The notes under the pieces were generated by a model, which searched no databases, was not told where the DNA came from, and was given only the letters and a program-made list of their open reading frames with translations. 64,000 nt of DNA from Mobula hypostoma (lineage: Eukaryota). Within the stretch, counting starts at the first letter, position 1. Each line of letters begins with the position of its first letter. Positions 11,730 to 23,700 of the stretch are shown in pieces. A program made the position numbers and the translations under genes. The stretch lies in the NCBI RefSeq assembly GCF_963921235.1, contig NC_086097.1, forward strand, positions 129,706,001 to 129,770,000, written 5' to 3'.

Positions 11730-12518
11730 TCAGTCTGCCGGCCCCTGTGTACGTAACTCTCTTGTTTTATCAAAGTTCATTGGGAAGGAGATGTCCGTTT
11801 CCTGAGAGCTGTCACTGTTCGGGGACTTTATGTCCCCCTTGAGCAGGGCCTTGCTGTTTGAAATGCGTTGTTGCTGATCTTTCAGCTCCAAGTAGGAGCG
11901 GGAGAAGGTGTGAAAGATCGAGGTAACTGGGAACGCCATGAGGAGGATGCCACTCAGGATACTGCTCAAAGCCACTACTTGACCAGGTATGCTGCGGGGG
12001 ACCATGTCCCCGTAACCTACGGTGGTCATCGAGATCACTGCCCACCAGTAGCTGCTGGGGATGCTGGCAAATTCATGTTTGGCACCCAGCTCCCTCTCGG
12101 CTAAGAACACCAGGGGTGAGTAAAGCGCCATAGCCACACAGAGGAAGAGCACGAGGAGCCCAAATTCCCGAGTGCACCGTTGAATTGTGAGTCCCAGTGT
12201 CTGTAACCCCAGAGAATGGCGCACCAACCTCATCACGTACAAAATCCTCAAGGCACGCAGAACCCGGAGGACCAGGCCTATTTTCTCCAAATCCAGGTTT
12301 CCAGAGCCGCTTGGCTTCTCCTCAACCGAAAAGGCATCAATAATCAGGCTGATATAATAAGGCAAAATGGCCATTATGTCGATGATATTCAGAGGTGTTC
12401 TCAGAAATGTACACTTGCTCTGCGCTTGGATGAACCGCAGTAGGAACTCGAATGAAAACCAGGCCACGCAGACAGTCTCCAGTACAAACATGTTGTAACA
12501 CTTCTGGGAGCATTCACC
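11730..12518 (-). CDS. KCNG2: Kv6.2 coding exon 2 (S2-S6, pore, C-tail; 262 aa + stop)
   Basis: Acceptor tttcctctttctcttcccctAG|GGT GAA TGC gives GECSQKCYNMFVLETVCVAWFSFEFLLR; S4 RVLRALRILYVMRL, pore TTVGYGD, S6 MAFPVT (Kv6-type PVT). EEERGECS, FVLETVCVAWFSFEF, AERELGA and WWAVISM match KCNG2 better than KCNG1. Confidence 0.93.
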   Translation of the reverse strand, partial: GECSQKCYNMFVLETVCVAWFSFEFLLRFIQAQSKCTFLRTPLNIIDIMAILPYYISLIIDAFSVEEKPSGSGNLDLEKIGLVLRVLRALRILYVMRLVRHSLGLQTLGLTIQRCTREFGLLVLFLCVAMALYSPLVFLAERELGAKHEFASIPSSYWWAVISMTTVGYGDMVPRSIPGQVVALSSILSGILLMAFPVTSIFHTFSRSYLELKDQQQRISNSKALLKGDIKSPNSDSSQETDISFPMNFDKTRELRTQGPAD

Positions 12519-13265
12519 CTAGGGGAAGAGAAAGAGGAAAATCATCTTAACATGATGAAGATTTGAACATTCTATCACATCCAGTGACTTACTGGGTGAA
12601 TCAACCTGATTAAAGGGAATACTGAGCCAAGCAGATGAGGTCATGCATTTATTCAGCACAAACAGGCACTTTGACCCACCTTGTCTATGCTGATCATTAA
12701 GTACCCATCTATATTAATCCAACTGACCAACAGTTAGTCAGTTGTTTCCTATGCCTTGGTGATTCAAATGCTCATCCAGATACTTTTTAAATGTTGTGAG
12801 AGTACCTGCCTCCAATATCCCTTTACGCAGCAAGTTCCAGATGTTAACCATCCTCTGGATGAATGCTTCTCTCTTTTTAACCACCTGACTCCTTACCATA
12901 AACCCGTGTACCCCCTCTGGTTACAAATGCCTCCTTTATCAAAAAAAAATTCTCACTATCAAGTGGGTGGGAATCTCGTGTCTTGATTCCTGGTCAGTAT
13001 TCTGATCAGTTATGTTAGGGATCAGAAAGGGTCCTTACAACAAAATGCAACTAAACAGTGCTAGGAAGTATCGTTTGTTTCGGACAGGGACATACCCAAC
13101 TGTGATGGCCTTAACAACAGAAAAGAATTTACCTGGTCTTATTGTCTGGTATGGTTTATATTGTCATACGTACCAAGATTCATTGGAAAATCTTAAATTT
13201 TGCAAACCATCTGTTCAGATCAATTCATTAATGGTACAAAGGAAAACCAATAACAGAATGCAGAA

Positions 13266-13420
13266 CATGAGGAAATCTGCAGATGCTGGAAATTCAAACA
13301 CCACACAGAAAAATGCTAGTGAACGCAGCAGGCCAAGGGTCTCGGCCCGAAACGTCGACTGTACCTCTTCCTATAGATGCAGCCTGGCCTGCTGCATTCA
13401 CCAGCACTTTTTGTGTGTGT
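13266..13420. mobile_element. Truncated palindromic Penelope-derived element
   Basis: Inverted arms gctagtgaacgcagcaggcca / tggcctgctgcattcaccagc; partial hammerhead aagggtctcggcccGAAACGTCgact; 15-bp TSD taacagaatgcagaa / taacagaatgtagaa (13251-13265, 13421-13435). Confidence 0.8.
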
Positions 13421-13659
13421 TAACAGAATGTAGAATATTGTTAGTTACAGAAAAAGAACGGTGTAGGCAGAGGATAACGTATAAGGACATGATAAGGTAG
13501 ATTATGACATCAAGAGTTCATCTTCAATGTACAGAAGGTCCATTCAAGAATCTTTCTCACAGGAGTACAGAGAGAAAGATGATACTGAAACACACATGAT
13601 CGTTATGGGATCTGACAGGGTACATCCTGAGGGAATGGCTCCTCTAGTATAGAGAAGAA

Positions 13660-14166
13660 TATCAACAAGGTTGAAGGAGTGCAGAGAAGATTTACTAGGA
13701 TGTTGCCGGGTCTTCAGGAGTTGAGTTACAGGGAAAGATTGGACAGGTTAGGACTTTATTCCTTGGAGCGTAGAAGAATGAGGGGAGATTTGACAGAGGT
13801 TTACAAAATTATGAGGGGTATAGACAGAGTAAATTTGAATAAGCTCTTTCCACTTAGATTAGGGGAGATAAATACGAGAGGACATGGCTTTAGGGTGAAA
13901 GGGGAAAGGTTTAGGGGGAACATTAGGGGGAACGTCTTCACCCAGAGAGTGGTGGGAGTGTGGAATGAGCTGCTATTTGACGTAGTAAATGTGGGCTCAC
14001 TCTTAAGTTTTAAGAATAAATTGGATAGGTACATGGATGGGAGAGGTCTGGAGGATTGTGGACTGGGTGTGGGTCAATAGGACTAGCGGAATAATGTTTT
14101 GGCACAGACTAGAAGGGCCGAATGGTCTGTTTTCTGTGCTGTGGTGTTCTATGGTTCTATGGTTCC
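13660..14166 (+). mobile_element. CR1 3' fragment in the KCNG2 intron
   Basis: ORF 13679-14080 QRRFTRMLPGL...LERRRMRGDL...TQRVVGVWNEL; (gttctatg)n tail. Confidence 0.9.
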
Positions 14167-16420
14167 AGTGGTAGAACATGGGAGTATAGTCTTGGTTTAG
14201 GCAGTCATAGATTGAGGGGAATTTCATCTGGGATGGTGAATCTTCAGAATTCTCTAAAGAGGCAGTAAGAAATTTTTAGACTTCAGGAAAATTAAGGGAT
14301 TACGGAGATTGGGTAAGAAATTTGGACTGGAGGCTAATGATCATATTGTACACTGTACATTCCACAATCTGCAGCTCTTTGCCCCAAACTATCAATTCCC
14401 AGCCTTTATCATTACTAACACCCTTCCCTTCTCCACAATGCCTCCTCACCCAGATCTGCCTGTGGCTTGCTCCACCTCTCCTACTTGCCTCTATACTTTG
14501 GCCATCTCCTCTCTACTCTTTCAGTCCTGATGGAGTGTCTCAACCAAAATACCGGTTGTCCATTTCCCACCATTGATTCTGCCTGACCCTCCAAATTCCT
14601 CTTCTTTTTAACTCCAGTCCCTATTTTATTTATTCTCCATTCCTAATAATATTTCAACTGAATGACTTGCTAACCCATTTCACAGGGCAAGAGTTGATGG
14701 GTTCTAATAGGTCTGGAATCACATTTGGGACAGAGTATGTATATTTAGCAGATTTCCCTTAAAGAATAGGAGATGCCTTTCACTATATCAGTCATTTCAA
14801 TACTAATCCTAGTTCCAGATTTAGCTGAATTTAGGGAGGAATTGAATGTCATTGTCTAAAATACATTAGTCTACGTTGGCACAGTTGTAGAGCCTGTGCC
14901 TCTTGGCTCCAATGACCCAGGTTCATACTCACCACCAATGCTGTGTGTGTGGAATTTATGTTCTCTGTGACCACCCAATGCTCTGGTTTCCTCCTACATC
15001 CTAGAATGGTGTGGGTTGGTTGCTTAACGAGAAGTCACTTGATAGAATCGTACAAGATAGTAAGAGACATAGATCAAGAGTATGGCTAATACAAGGATTT
15101 AATTTGAATGGAAGAAAGTGTAGAGGGGATGTCAGGGTTAAAATACTTAGACAGAGTGGTAAGCACATGGAACACCTTACCAGGATTGATGGTAGAAGTA
15201 GATATATTAGGGGCATTTAAGAAGCTTACATTGGCACATGGATGGTAGAAAATGGAGGACTTTATATGAGGGAAAGATTAGATTGATCTTAGAGCTGGTT
15301 AAAAGATCAGTACAACATTATGGGCTGAAGGGCCTGTGCTGTAATGTTCAATGTTAATTAGCCACTGTAAGTTATCTTTTGGAAGAATCTCAATGAAGTT
15401 GATGGATGTATGGAGAAGTCGATGAATGGATTTGGGTGAGCCAAAATCCTTGGGCTTGTAGGACACTTAACCCCACCCCACCCCATGACCATTGCATATT
15501 GCTTGTGCAAAATTCAAGAGCAACTGCATCCTACAGAAATAAGCTCATCAATCTGCAGTCCCTTGAGGAAAGTAGGCAAAAGGAGAAAATACTGTACTAG
15601 CATCAGGTCCATTATTTACACAAGGGAAATCTCTCCCAATCAGCATCTTAAATCGGGAGCTTCTGCTTCAAATACAGCTCAAATAGAGACACTGAAAACA
15701 CTTCATGACCAATGAGGGCACTGATCATATACCATGTATCTTTCCATTGATTCTTTTCACAACAGTTATGAACACAATTGACCACTGACTGGACTCCTTT
15801 ACAGCACTAAACCGACAAGTTATTTAAAATTTAAAAAAAAAACCATTAACTTGTGCAACTGAACCTATTAGGTTAAGTCCTTTAGATCAAAATATCTGTA
15901 AAATGTTTGCAGAGTTGTTGGAAATTTACTCAAAATTTATAATAACATTGCCTAACCAGGGGACTAGAAAACAGCTTGTGATTCCACCCTTACATCTGAC
16001 AGTCTGACTGGAAATGGTATAAAAACAGAAAATGGAAGTCTAGGCAATTAATCCAAATAAACAATGGATTATCAAATGCAATTTATATTGAACAAATTAA
16101 AAAGAAAATAGTCCACGTCCCTCTTTTTCTTATCTCTGTTGCTCTGGTGTTGACTTGTTTTGAGATTTTTCACCAATGTTGGCTGACAACATAGATAAAA
16201 TTGGCTGAATTGCTTCTTCTCTGCTAAATTTCCTCATCGTTAAGTTAAATCCTGGACAGAGTGCCAGCGGAATTAATAGTGCTGGAGATCATCCTATTGA
16301 ATACAAGGAGATCTGTGCAATGTAAATTTCCCCCTTTCTCTCCTTTCCACAGCTCTTTTGTTTCAACTCACCACCTCTCTCCTTTTCCCTCACTCCCTCC
16401 CATAAACTGGTCCATTGCTT

Positions 16421-16732
16421 CTTTTTTAAGGCATCCGTTAGTCTCGTGAGACCATGGATTTGCGCCTTGGAAGGTTTCCAGGGCGCAGGCCTGGGCAAGG
16501 TTGTATGGAAGACCGGCAGTTGCCCATACTGCAAGTCTCCCCTCTCTACGCCACCGATGTTGTCCAAGGGAAGGGCACTAGGCCTGATACAGCTTGGTAC
16601 CAGTGTCGTCGCAGAGCAATGTGTGGTTAAGTGCCTTGCTCAAGGACACAACATGTTGCCTCAGCTGAGGCTCGAACTAGCGACCATCAGATCACTAGAC
16701 TGACGCCTTAACCACTTGGCCACGTGCCAATA
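16421..16732 (-). mobile_element. Intact tRNA-derived SINE with V-SINE-like core and RTE-like tail
   Basis: Minus-strand head ggcacgTGGCCAAGTGGttaagg...AGTTCGAGcc (A/B boxes); core tgtgtccttgagcaaggcacttaacc; 13-bp TSD tggtccattgctt (16408-16420, 16733-16745). Confidence 0.85.
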
Positions 16733-19356
16733 TGGTCCATTGCTTTATGGACTAAACATTCATTAGTATTTTCACATTGAGCTTCTCTGTAATTCAATGA
16801 AAACCAATTTCTGAATCTGTACAGTACAGTACTATGACATTAATATTATGCCAGATTAAACAAGATATCTCTATCTTTCCACTTAATTGTAGATTTACCA
16901 GCTGTATAATTGCTAAAATGGAATATTACACGATGCAGTACCTGCAGAATTTTTGATCCATGATGCATTGCGAACAACTACTAACTTTTCTACAAGCTCA
17001 CTGCTGGAATTCATGCACTGATGATGCAGAAAAAAAATCTTAAAGAATGCAAATAAGTATTCATTACAAATGCCACTAACCAGTTGGCAAAATATCACTA
17101 CAGAGTAATTATGTTCATCCTTGGCAAGATTATACTTTTATAATCACACAGGAATAAACACAGGATCATAAGCAAGGGATGTAGATTCCAGAAGGAAAAA
17201 AAAAGATCTAAGAACAGAATATTTTGTTGTATTGAACCAACCTTTACATATTGGGGCAGATCTTCCACTACCTGTTCATCTTTTCATCCTGTCTTCCTCT
17301 TCTTTCTTCTCACCTTTCCCACTTCAATGTATCTTATCTTTCCATACACTTTTCTCCTTCCTTCCCTTTGCCCCTCCCCTATCTCCTTCTCCTTTGTAAA
17401 GGGGTAAAACTAGCACCAGAAAGAGTGTTAATGTTTTACAATGTGCTGGTATATACTAGTCCAGTGGATTTTATTATGGTATACAGCCACCTCAGCAATT
17501 AATCTGTAGCTGCCTTTGAAAACTGTTTTTACAATTACTAAATGCAGGCAAAACAACCTCTTTTGTAGAAGCTCAGATTCATAGAATTTTAGAGCACAGA
17601 AGAATGTCACTTATGCACATTGTGTCAGTGCTGCTTTCTTGAAAGTGCTGATCAATTAGTGCCTCTCTCAGTCCTGAAATTTTCTTCCCCTCCATCAAAT
17701 TTCCCTTAAAAGTTGCTATTGAACATCCGCCGCTTCCAACTTTCAGACAGACCCTCCCGTAGGAAAAAATCTCACCTCATCTCCTTAAAGTATAAACCAG
17801 GGAAGGTTTTTTTTGTGAGCTCTTGTATTCTCCTTGTGTCTTGTTTACAGGTTTAAAAATAACATCCAAATGATCAGTATTCTGAAAAAGATACTCACAT
17901 GTTAAAGCTCACTATCTGCAGATGAATAACTGCAGAAGAGCTTTAGATAATTAGCAAACTTGTTAATTGCATTATTTATGGCGTGGTTCATTTTTAATAG
18001 ATACATTTTTGGTAAAGATATGATATGAGCAACATAATTAGACCTGTTCTTTCTGGTAATGAGATCAGCCAGCCAATTATATTACAGGCTTCAGTGAAGA
18101 TAAAGCTATAATTCCAGCTAAAAAGGAGGCTGGTTTCTTTCTGCAGATCATTTGCTTTAGGTACATAAGTGTTTCATTCTTGATGCCTGTCCCCAAGAGA
18201 TGATCATTATCTGTTTAGTAACAGTCATAGTTTGAGAACCTATGGGTATTTAGTAATGCACGAGGAACAGCTTTCTTTCCAAAAACAGTTATTGCACAAT
18301 GCTTATGAGAATGATTCTCTTAAGACAACTGCACAATGTAATTCAGTTTGAAGCTAAATATTTTCCATGGAATAAGGGCAAACTACATAAATTTCTGATG
18401 TTCCTTTAAGATGTATGGCAAGTCAGACAATAGACCAGATTGTGGTCATCTTTGTTGGCGGAGAATTACCAGACGGACATCACTGTTTCACTGCCCAGCT
18501 CATTCACAAATTCGTCATCCGTGCATTGAGAGGTTGAACAGTCAGCCCAGCAGTGGGGCACACACATATAGAGCTGAGGGGGTCACTGATCCCGAAAATG
18601 TCCATAGATCCGGGTGAATAAATTAAAGTTTTAATGTTTTGGCCTTTTAAAGAAAATTAAAATCATTCATCTTTAAATTATTTAAGTTTCTGCCCTGTTT
18701 TTGATGTATCAGAAACTTTTAAAATTACTCAACTGTCTTTGGAAATGGGCACAGAATTCACTAAGTCACTGCTTGGCGCCATTCACATCTCGCAGGAGGG
18801 CCTCACGAGTTTAGTTGGTCTGGTCCTTTCTATTCATTTCACATTAGTACATGTGGGTACAACAGGGGGCGAGCTTGCAGATTGGGCCAGATCCACGAGC
18901 AATAATCAGAAAAGGACTGGTTAACTGGAATGCTGATATTCCCGTGGGATACAGCACATGCAATAGACCTCACTGACTACCTCCTGTCAACAAGACCACC
19001 TGTCTCCACCTCTAATATTTCATTAAAGGTTCTGACATGAAATGTCAACTCTTCCTCTCTGCAGCTGCTGTCTAAACTGGTGAGTACATCCATCTTTATT
19101 TCAGGCTTCACATCAGTAATAATACTATTAACCTTATATCCTATTGCCTTGACTTATCTGCTGCTGAAACCATCAGTCGTTGCTACTTTTTGACCCATCC
19201 TGTGCAACATTCACCTGCCCATGCTCTTTTCACTCTCTATCCAGTTCAGCTCATCCCCTAAGTTTGCCTCCCAAATCCCAACCTTCATCAAATTTTGATC
19301 AACCATCAACCTTGCTGCACTACTCCACCATCATTTGTGCTTAATTTTCATGTTAG

Positions 19357-20078
19357 CTCTGTGGCCTTCAATGCTCCTGTACTCCAATCCTGGCCTCTGT
19401 GGCCTTCGACGCTGCTGTATTCCAATCCTGGTCTCTGTGGCCTTCAATGATCCTGTACTCCAATCCTGGTTTCTGTGGCCTTCGACGCTCCTGTACTCCA
19501 ACTCTGGTCTCTGTGGCCTTCAATGCTCCTGTACTCCAATCCTGGTCTCTGTGGCCTTCAATGCTCCTGTACTCCAATCCTGGTCTCTGTGGCCTTCAAT
19601 GCTCCTGTACTCCAATCCTGGTCTCTGTGGCCTTCAATGCCCCTGTACTCCAATCCTGGTCTCTGTGGCCTTCAATGCTCCTGTACTCCAACCCTGGTCT
19701 CTGTGGCCTTCAATGCCCCTGTACTCCAATCCTGGTCTCTGTGGTCTTCAATGCTCCTGTACTCCAATCCTGGTTTCTGTGGTCTTCAATGCTCCTGTAC
19801 TCCAATCCTGGTCTCTGTGGCCTTCAATGCCCCTGTACTCCAATCCTGGTCTCTGTGGCCTTCAATGCTCCTGTACTCCAATCCTGGTCTCTGTGGCCTT
19901 CAATGCCCCTGTACTCCAACCCTGGTCTCTGTGGCCTTCAATGCTCCTGTACTCCAATCCTGGTCTCTGTGGCCTTCAATGCCCCTGTACTCCAATCCTG
20001 GTCTCTGTGGCCTTCAACGATCCTGTACTCCAATCCTGGCCTCTCTAACCATCAAAGCTCTGGTACTCCAATCCCAGC
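19357..20078. repeat. 38-bp minisatellite, 18 units plus a degenerate 19th
   Basis: Unit ctctgtggccttcaatgctcctgtactccaatcctggt, in exact register 19357-20040. Confidence 0.97.
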
Positions 20079-20159
20079 CTCTATTAGTTTCCCGAATCTA
20101 ATCACTACACTATTCACTATACAATGATCACTTTGCACTACAATGGATTTTTTTCCATT

Positions 20160-20305
20160 CAGAGTCGTAATGATCCTGATGAAGGGTCTCGGCCCAAAAT
20201 GCCAGCTGTTTCCTCCCATCCATAGGTGCTGCCTGACCTGCTGAGCTCCTGCAGCACATTGTGTGTATTACTCTAGATTTCCAGCATCTGCAGTACTTCT
20301 TGGGT
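20160..20305 (+). mobile_element. Penelope pLTR fragment with degenerate hammerhead
   Basis: cCTGATGAagggtctcggcccAAAAtg followed by gctgcctgacctgctgag...tttccagcatctgcag. Confidence 0.7.
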
Positions 20306-20719
20306 CTATGGATTTATTTTGTTCCAAATGTGTTCGTTCTTATAAAGATTCTTCATAATTTATGAATTTTTTTGTGAATACTACTTATCAGATACTTGTG
20401 ATGCAGCTGCAATTAAAGTTTACATTTCACCTATGAATATATGTGCCATGTACATGACAATAAACTCAACTTCACAGCAATTAGGGTATGCTATCAGCAA
20501 AGTCCAAAACTTTGGACATCCCTCTGTCTCCATCTCTCTTCAACACAACACCTTTTTGCTTTTGCATTGAATGGTAGAAATTTGAAATAGAATAACATGT
20601 TGTTAATACAACTGTTCATTTTTCCCTTTCCCTCCCCCTCCCCCCTTCTCCCATCCCTCTCCCCCCCTCTCCCTCTTCAGTTGCTGCCTGCCCTACTGAG
20701 TGTTCTAATGTTCTTTGTT

Positions 20720-21075
20720 TTAATTCTTCTTCAATCAAGGTTTTGGTCACAACTGAGAGGTTCTGATGATCTTGTTGCTGTTTTTCCATATGGGTGATCT
20801 GTTGTTATTTTTTGTGTGAGAGAGAGGGGGATGGGGGTTTGAAGTTATAGCTGCCATTTTCTGGGTGGGTGATTTGTTTTTGTTCAAGGGAGGGTTTGGG
20901 GGGGTTTTGAGAGTTAGTGTTTCCTTTTCTTTTTCATTGGAGGGGTGGTGTTGAAGTCTTTTCTTTCAATGACTTCCATGATTTTTGCTGTATTTCATGG
21001 CTGTCTGGAGAAGACGAATCTCAGAGTTATATTTTGCATACATCATTTGATAATAAAATGAACCCTTGAACCTTT
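20720..21075 (+). mobile_element. Non-autonomous LINE-derived element (Rex-type tail)
   Basis: 3' end gaatctcagagttatatt...tttgataataaaatgaacccttgaacc, as in 6630-6685 and 43020-43080. Confidence 0.55.
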
Positions 21076-21987
21076 TAAACCTTTCCTGTGTTTCAGTATC
21101 AAATATTCTACTGTAAGACATCTTGGAATAACCCATCACATCACATGACCCACCACACATACTGTTTCAAGCAGTATTAATGCAATTTGTCGCGACATAG
21201 CCACCACAGTGTCTTTGTTGCCTAGCATAGTTTTTTTTACAAGATTGTATTGCTGGAGCATAGATTAAGCAATTGTTTGGAGTTAACTGGACCCGGAGGA
21301 GATTTCTTCAGTACCATTTATTAAGGCAGGCTGATGGTTGTGACAACAGATATATTTTTCTCTATGTCTATATTTCTCTCAGCAGTTCAACTAGTAATCT
21401 GCCTTCACATTTTACGCACAGTCATTCTGCTCAATTGCCTTTCGATCATGCAGCAATTGTGTAGAACTTTCACTAAATCAGAAGACACGGTAATTCCAGG
21501 ATGTAAATATATCCACAATTGATTTCATGGCTGCAGTAGGTTTAATAGATGTAATCCGAGAAAGAAATTGATGCTAATAAGATCAACCAAATTATGATTT
21601 CTTTTCTGAAGCAGATTTGTTTACTTTGAGAATAAAACAATTTGGGGTGAAAATTCTCCAATGGTTTACCTGTTCAACTGATCTCCTCTTCAATACAGCC
21701 CGAGCTTACTTACATCACACACAGGGATGGAGAATACACCTATCAATAATCTTAAGCTGCTAAACGCAGGGCCAAGGTATTTGTGCCTGAATGTGATATC
21801 TGAAAAACTCGAGAGTGGTCTACTGATGCTGACCTCCGTAAACTGGAAACTGTTGATTGGACTTGTAGATGTGTTTGCTAAATAGTGAGGGAAAATTAGG
21901 CTCTGTGTTTTATTACATTTATTACACAGCATGATGACCAACTTAGAACCTACCATACAGTACAAAAACAGGCACTTTGGCCCAACA

Positions 21988-22754
21988 GTTAAAAAATACA
22001 CATGGACTAAGATGTTAACTGTCGTGTGCTATCACCAGTGGGATCATCAGTTGATCTGCCACCTGTCTTCAGGAGTTTCGGCCCGCTTATGATCAAGACT
22101 CCCTCGAGGTGGTGGGCCAGCAGTGCTAAAGCACCACCTCCCCCTGGTGAGCTTAAAAACTTGGCATCTGCCTCTATCAGAGTTGTTGGTCACTTCCATC
22201 CAACAGATAGTCTGCTCTTCAGGTGTCTATGGAACTACTGAAGGGTTTGCAAGATAATGTGTACACTGTCTGACTATCTGCCCCTCTGGACATACTTGGT
22301 CCACACCCATGCTGATCCTTTCTCTGCTGCCTCAGCTGCAGCCCTGCTGGTTGACTTGATCTCTCTTCTAGTGAAGCCAAGGTCACGCAGCCACTTCTGG
22401 AGAGTGAACGCAATAAACCCACGGCAGCCTACTTCGAATAGATAGCATGAGACCTTCCACCCTCTGTCTCTGCACTCTGATCTTAATTCTGCATACCTGG
22501 TTAACTTGTGCTCATGGGCTTCATCGATGTTGTCTTCCCAGGGGACTGTGAGTTCACCAATAGCCACTTCTCTACTGGTGTCAGACCATATGATTATATC
22601 TGGACGCAATGTGGTGAAAGCTATTTGCTCCGGGAAACTGCCTTTCCCATCCAGGTCAGCCTTGACACACCAATCATTGGCTGAAGAAAGTATGCTTGAT
22701 CGTGAGCCTGTGCTGTACACCCTTGACTTGGAGCCTTCTTTCACAAATGATATG
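21988..22754 (-). mobile_element. 5'-truncated RLE-type (HERO/NeSL-like) non-LTR retrotransposon: restriction-like endonuclease and 3'UTR
   Basis: ORF 22274-22789 has LRPDIIIWSDTSREVAIGELTVPWEDNIDEAHEHKLTRYAEL...GWKVSCYLFEVGCRGF (PD-(D/E)xK RLE); exact 34-bp TSD at 21954-21987 and 22755-22788. Confidence 0.85.
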
Positions 22755-23041
22755 CATACAGTACAAAAACAGGCACTTTGGCCCAACAACTTTCATTCTC
22801 ACCATCGAGTGACCTTAATATAGTCTCATTTTATTCTCCTATACTTCCATCAATTCCACCACTACATTTGCCTGTCAAAAGATACCCATGTTTTAGGGTT
22901 GAAGTGGATTTCAATAAACCATACCTCAGGTAAATCTATCAGATAGGAAATTATCAACAAAAGATCTGTGATTACATTTTAATAATTTCTATCCTTTGTG
23001 GTTCTCCTGCATTAATCTTCAATGGAATAGTGACTTTAGAT

Positions 23042-23114
23042 CAGAAGTTCCCAACCTGGGTTGCCCCTGCTTAATGGTATTAGTCCATGGCATAAAAAAG
23101 GTTGGGAACCCCTG
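23042..23114. mobile_element. hAT (Charlie-like) MITE
   Basis: TIRs cagaagttcccaacct / aggttgggaacccctg; imperfect 8-bp TSD ctttagat / cattagaa. Confidence 0.65.
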
Positions 23115-23194
23115 CATTAGAAGCTTGTTTTAAATGTGAACATATTAACTTAAACCCCTGTGATTAATTCCAGCTCCGCAAATTTGACCAAAGA

Positions 23195-23700
23195 CACAAG
23201 AGACAGCAGATACTGGAATCTCATGCAACACAAGATGCTGGAGGAACACTCTGGGTTGGGCAGCTCCTGAGGAGGGAATTGGATGGTTGATGTTTCAGTT
23301 CACAACCCTTCATCTGGACTCCATCATCCTTCCTGACTTTCTGTCTCTGATACAGAGTAGTTTGTCCTCAGCAGACGCCACCACTTTGTAACCCTGCAGC
23401 TGCACATCAATGAGTTCTGGGCCCACCATGATGTTCAGTTCTTCCGTCACCTCTGCCTCTTCATATTTCTTTGGTAAGGAATCCTTACCCCAACTGATGG
23501 TGCTTTCTCCCATTTCCAAACACCTTTTTCCTCTTGGCCATCCACTTCTGGCTCTATATCCTCTCTTTACCTTTTGATTTTCAACGGCTGGCATGAAGTC
23601 CAAATGAAAAGTCTACACCCAAAACATCAACTATCCTTTTCCCTCCATGGATGCTGCCTGACCTGCTGAGTTCCCCCAGTATTTTGTCTGTTGCTTCAGA
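23195..23700. mobile_element. Old Penelope-derived inverted pLTR pair with spacer
   Basis: 23195-23320 (minus) and 23596-23700 (plus) are degenerate pLTR copies; another at about 24160-24290. Confidence 0.55.

Noticed and set aside
16660..16730. tRNA gene
   Set aside because: tRNA-like head of a TSD-flanked SINE; continues into core and tail.
18411..18617. Plus-strand exon or 68-aa ORF
   Set aside because: Plausible splice-like flanks but no recognisable homology or partner exons.
19335..20127. Three long Cys/Pro-rich ORFs, or a CRISPR-like array
   Set aside because: By-product of a stop-free 38-bp tandem repeat; no unique spacers, no cas genes, eukaryotic intron.
20620..20680. Functional G-quadruplex (minus strand)
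   Set aside because: Low-complexity polypyrimidine tract typical of the local repeats; no independent support.
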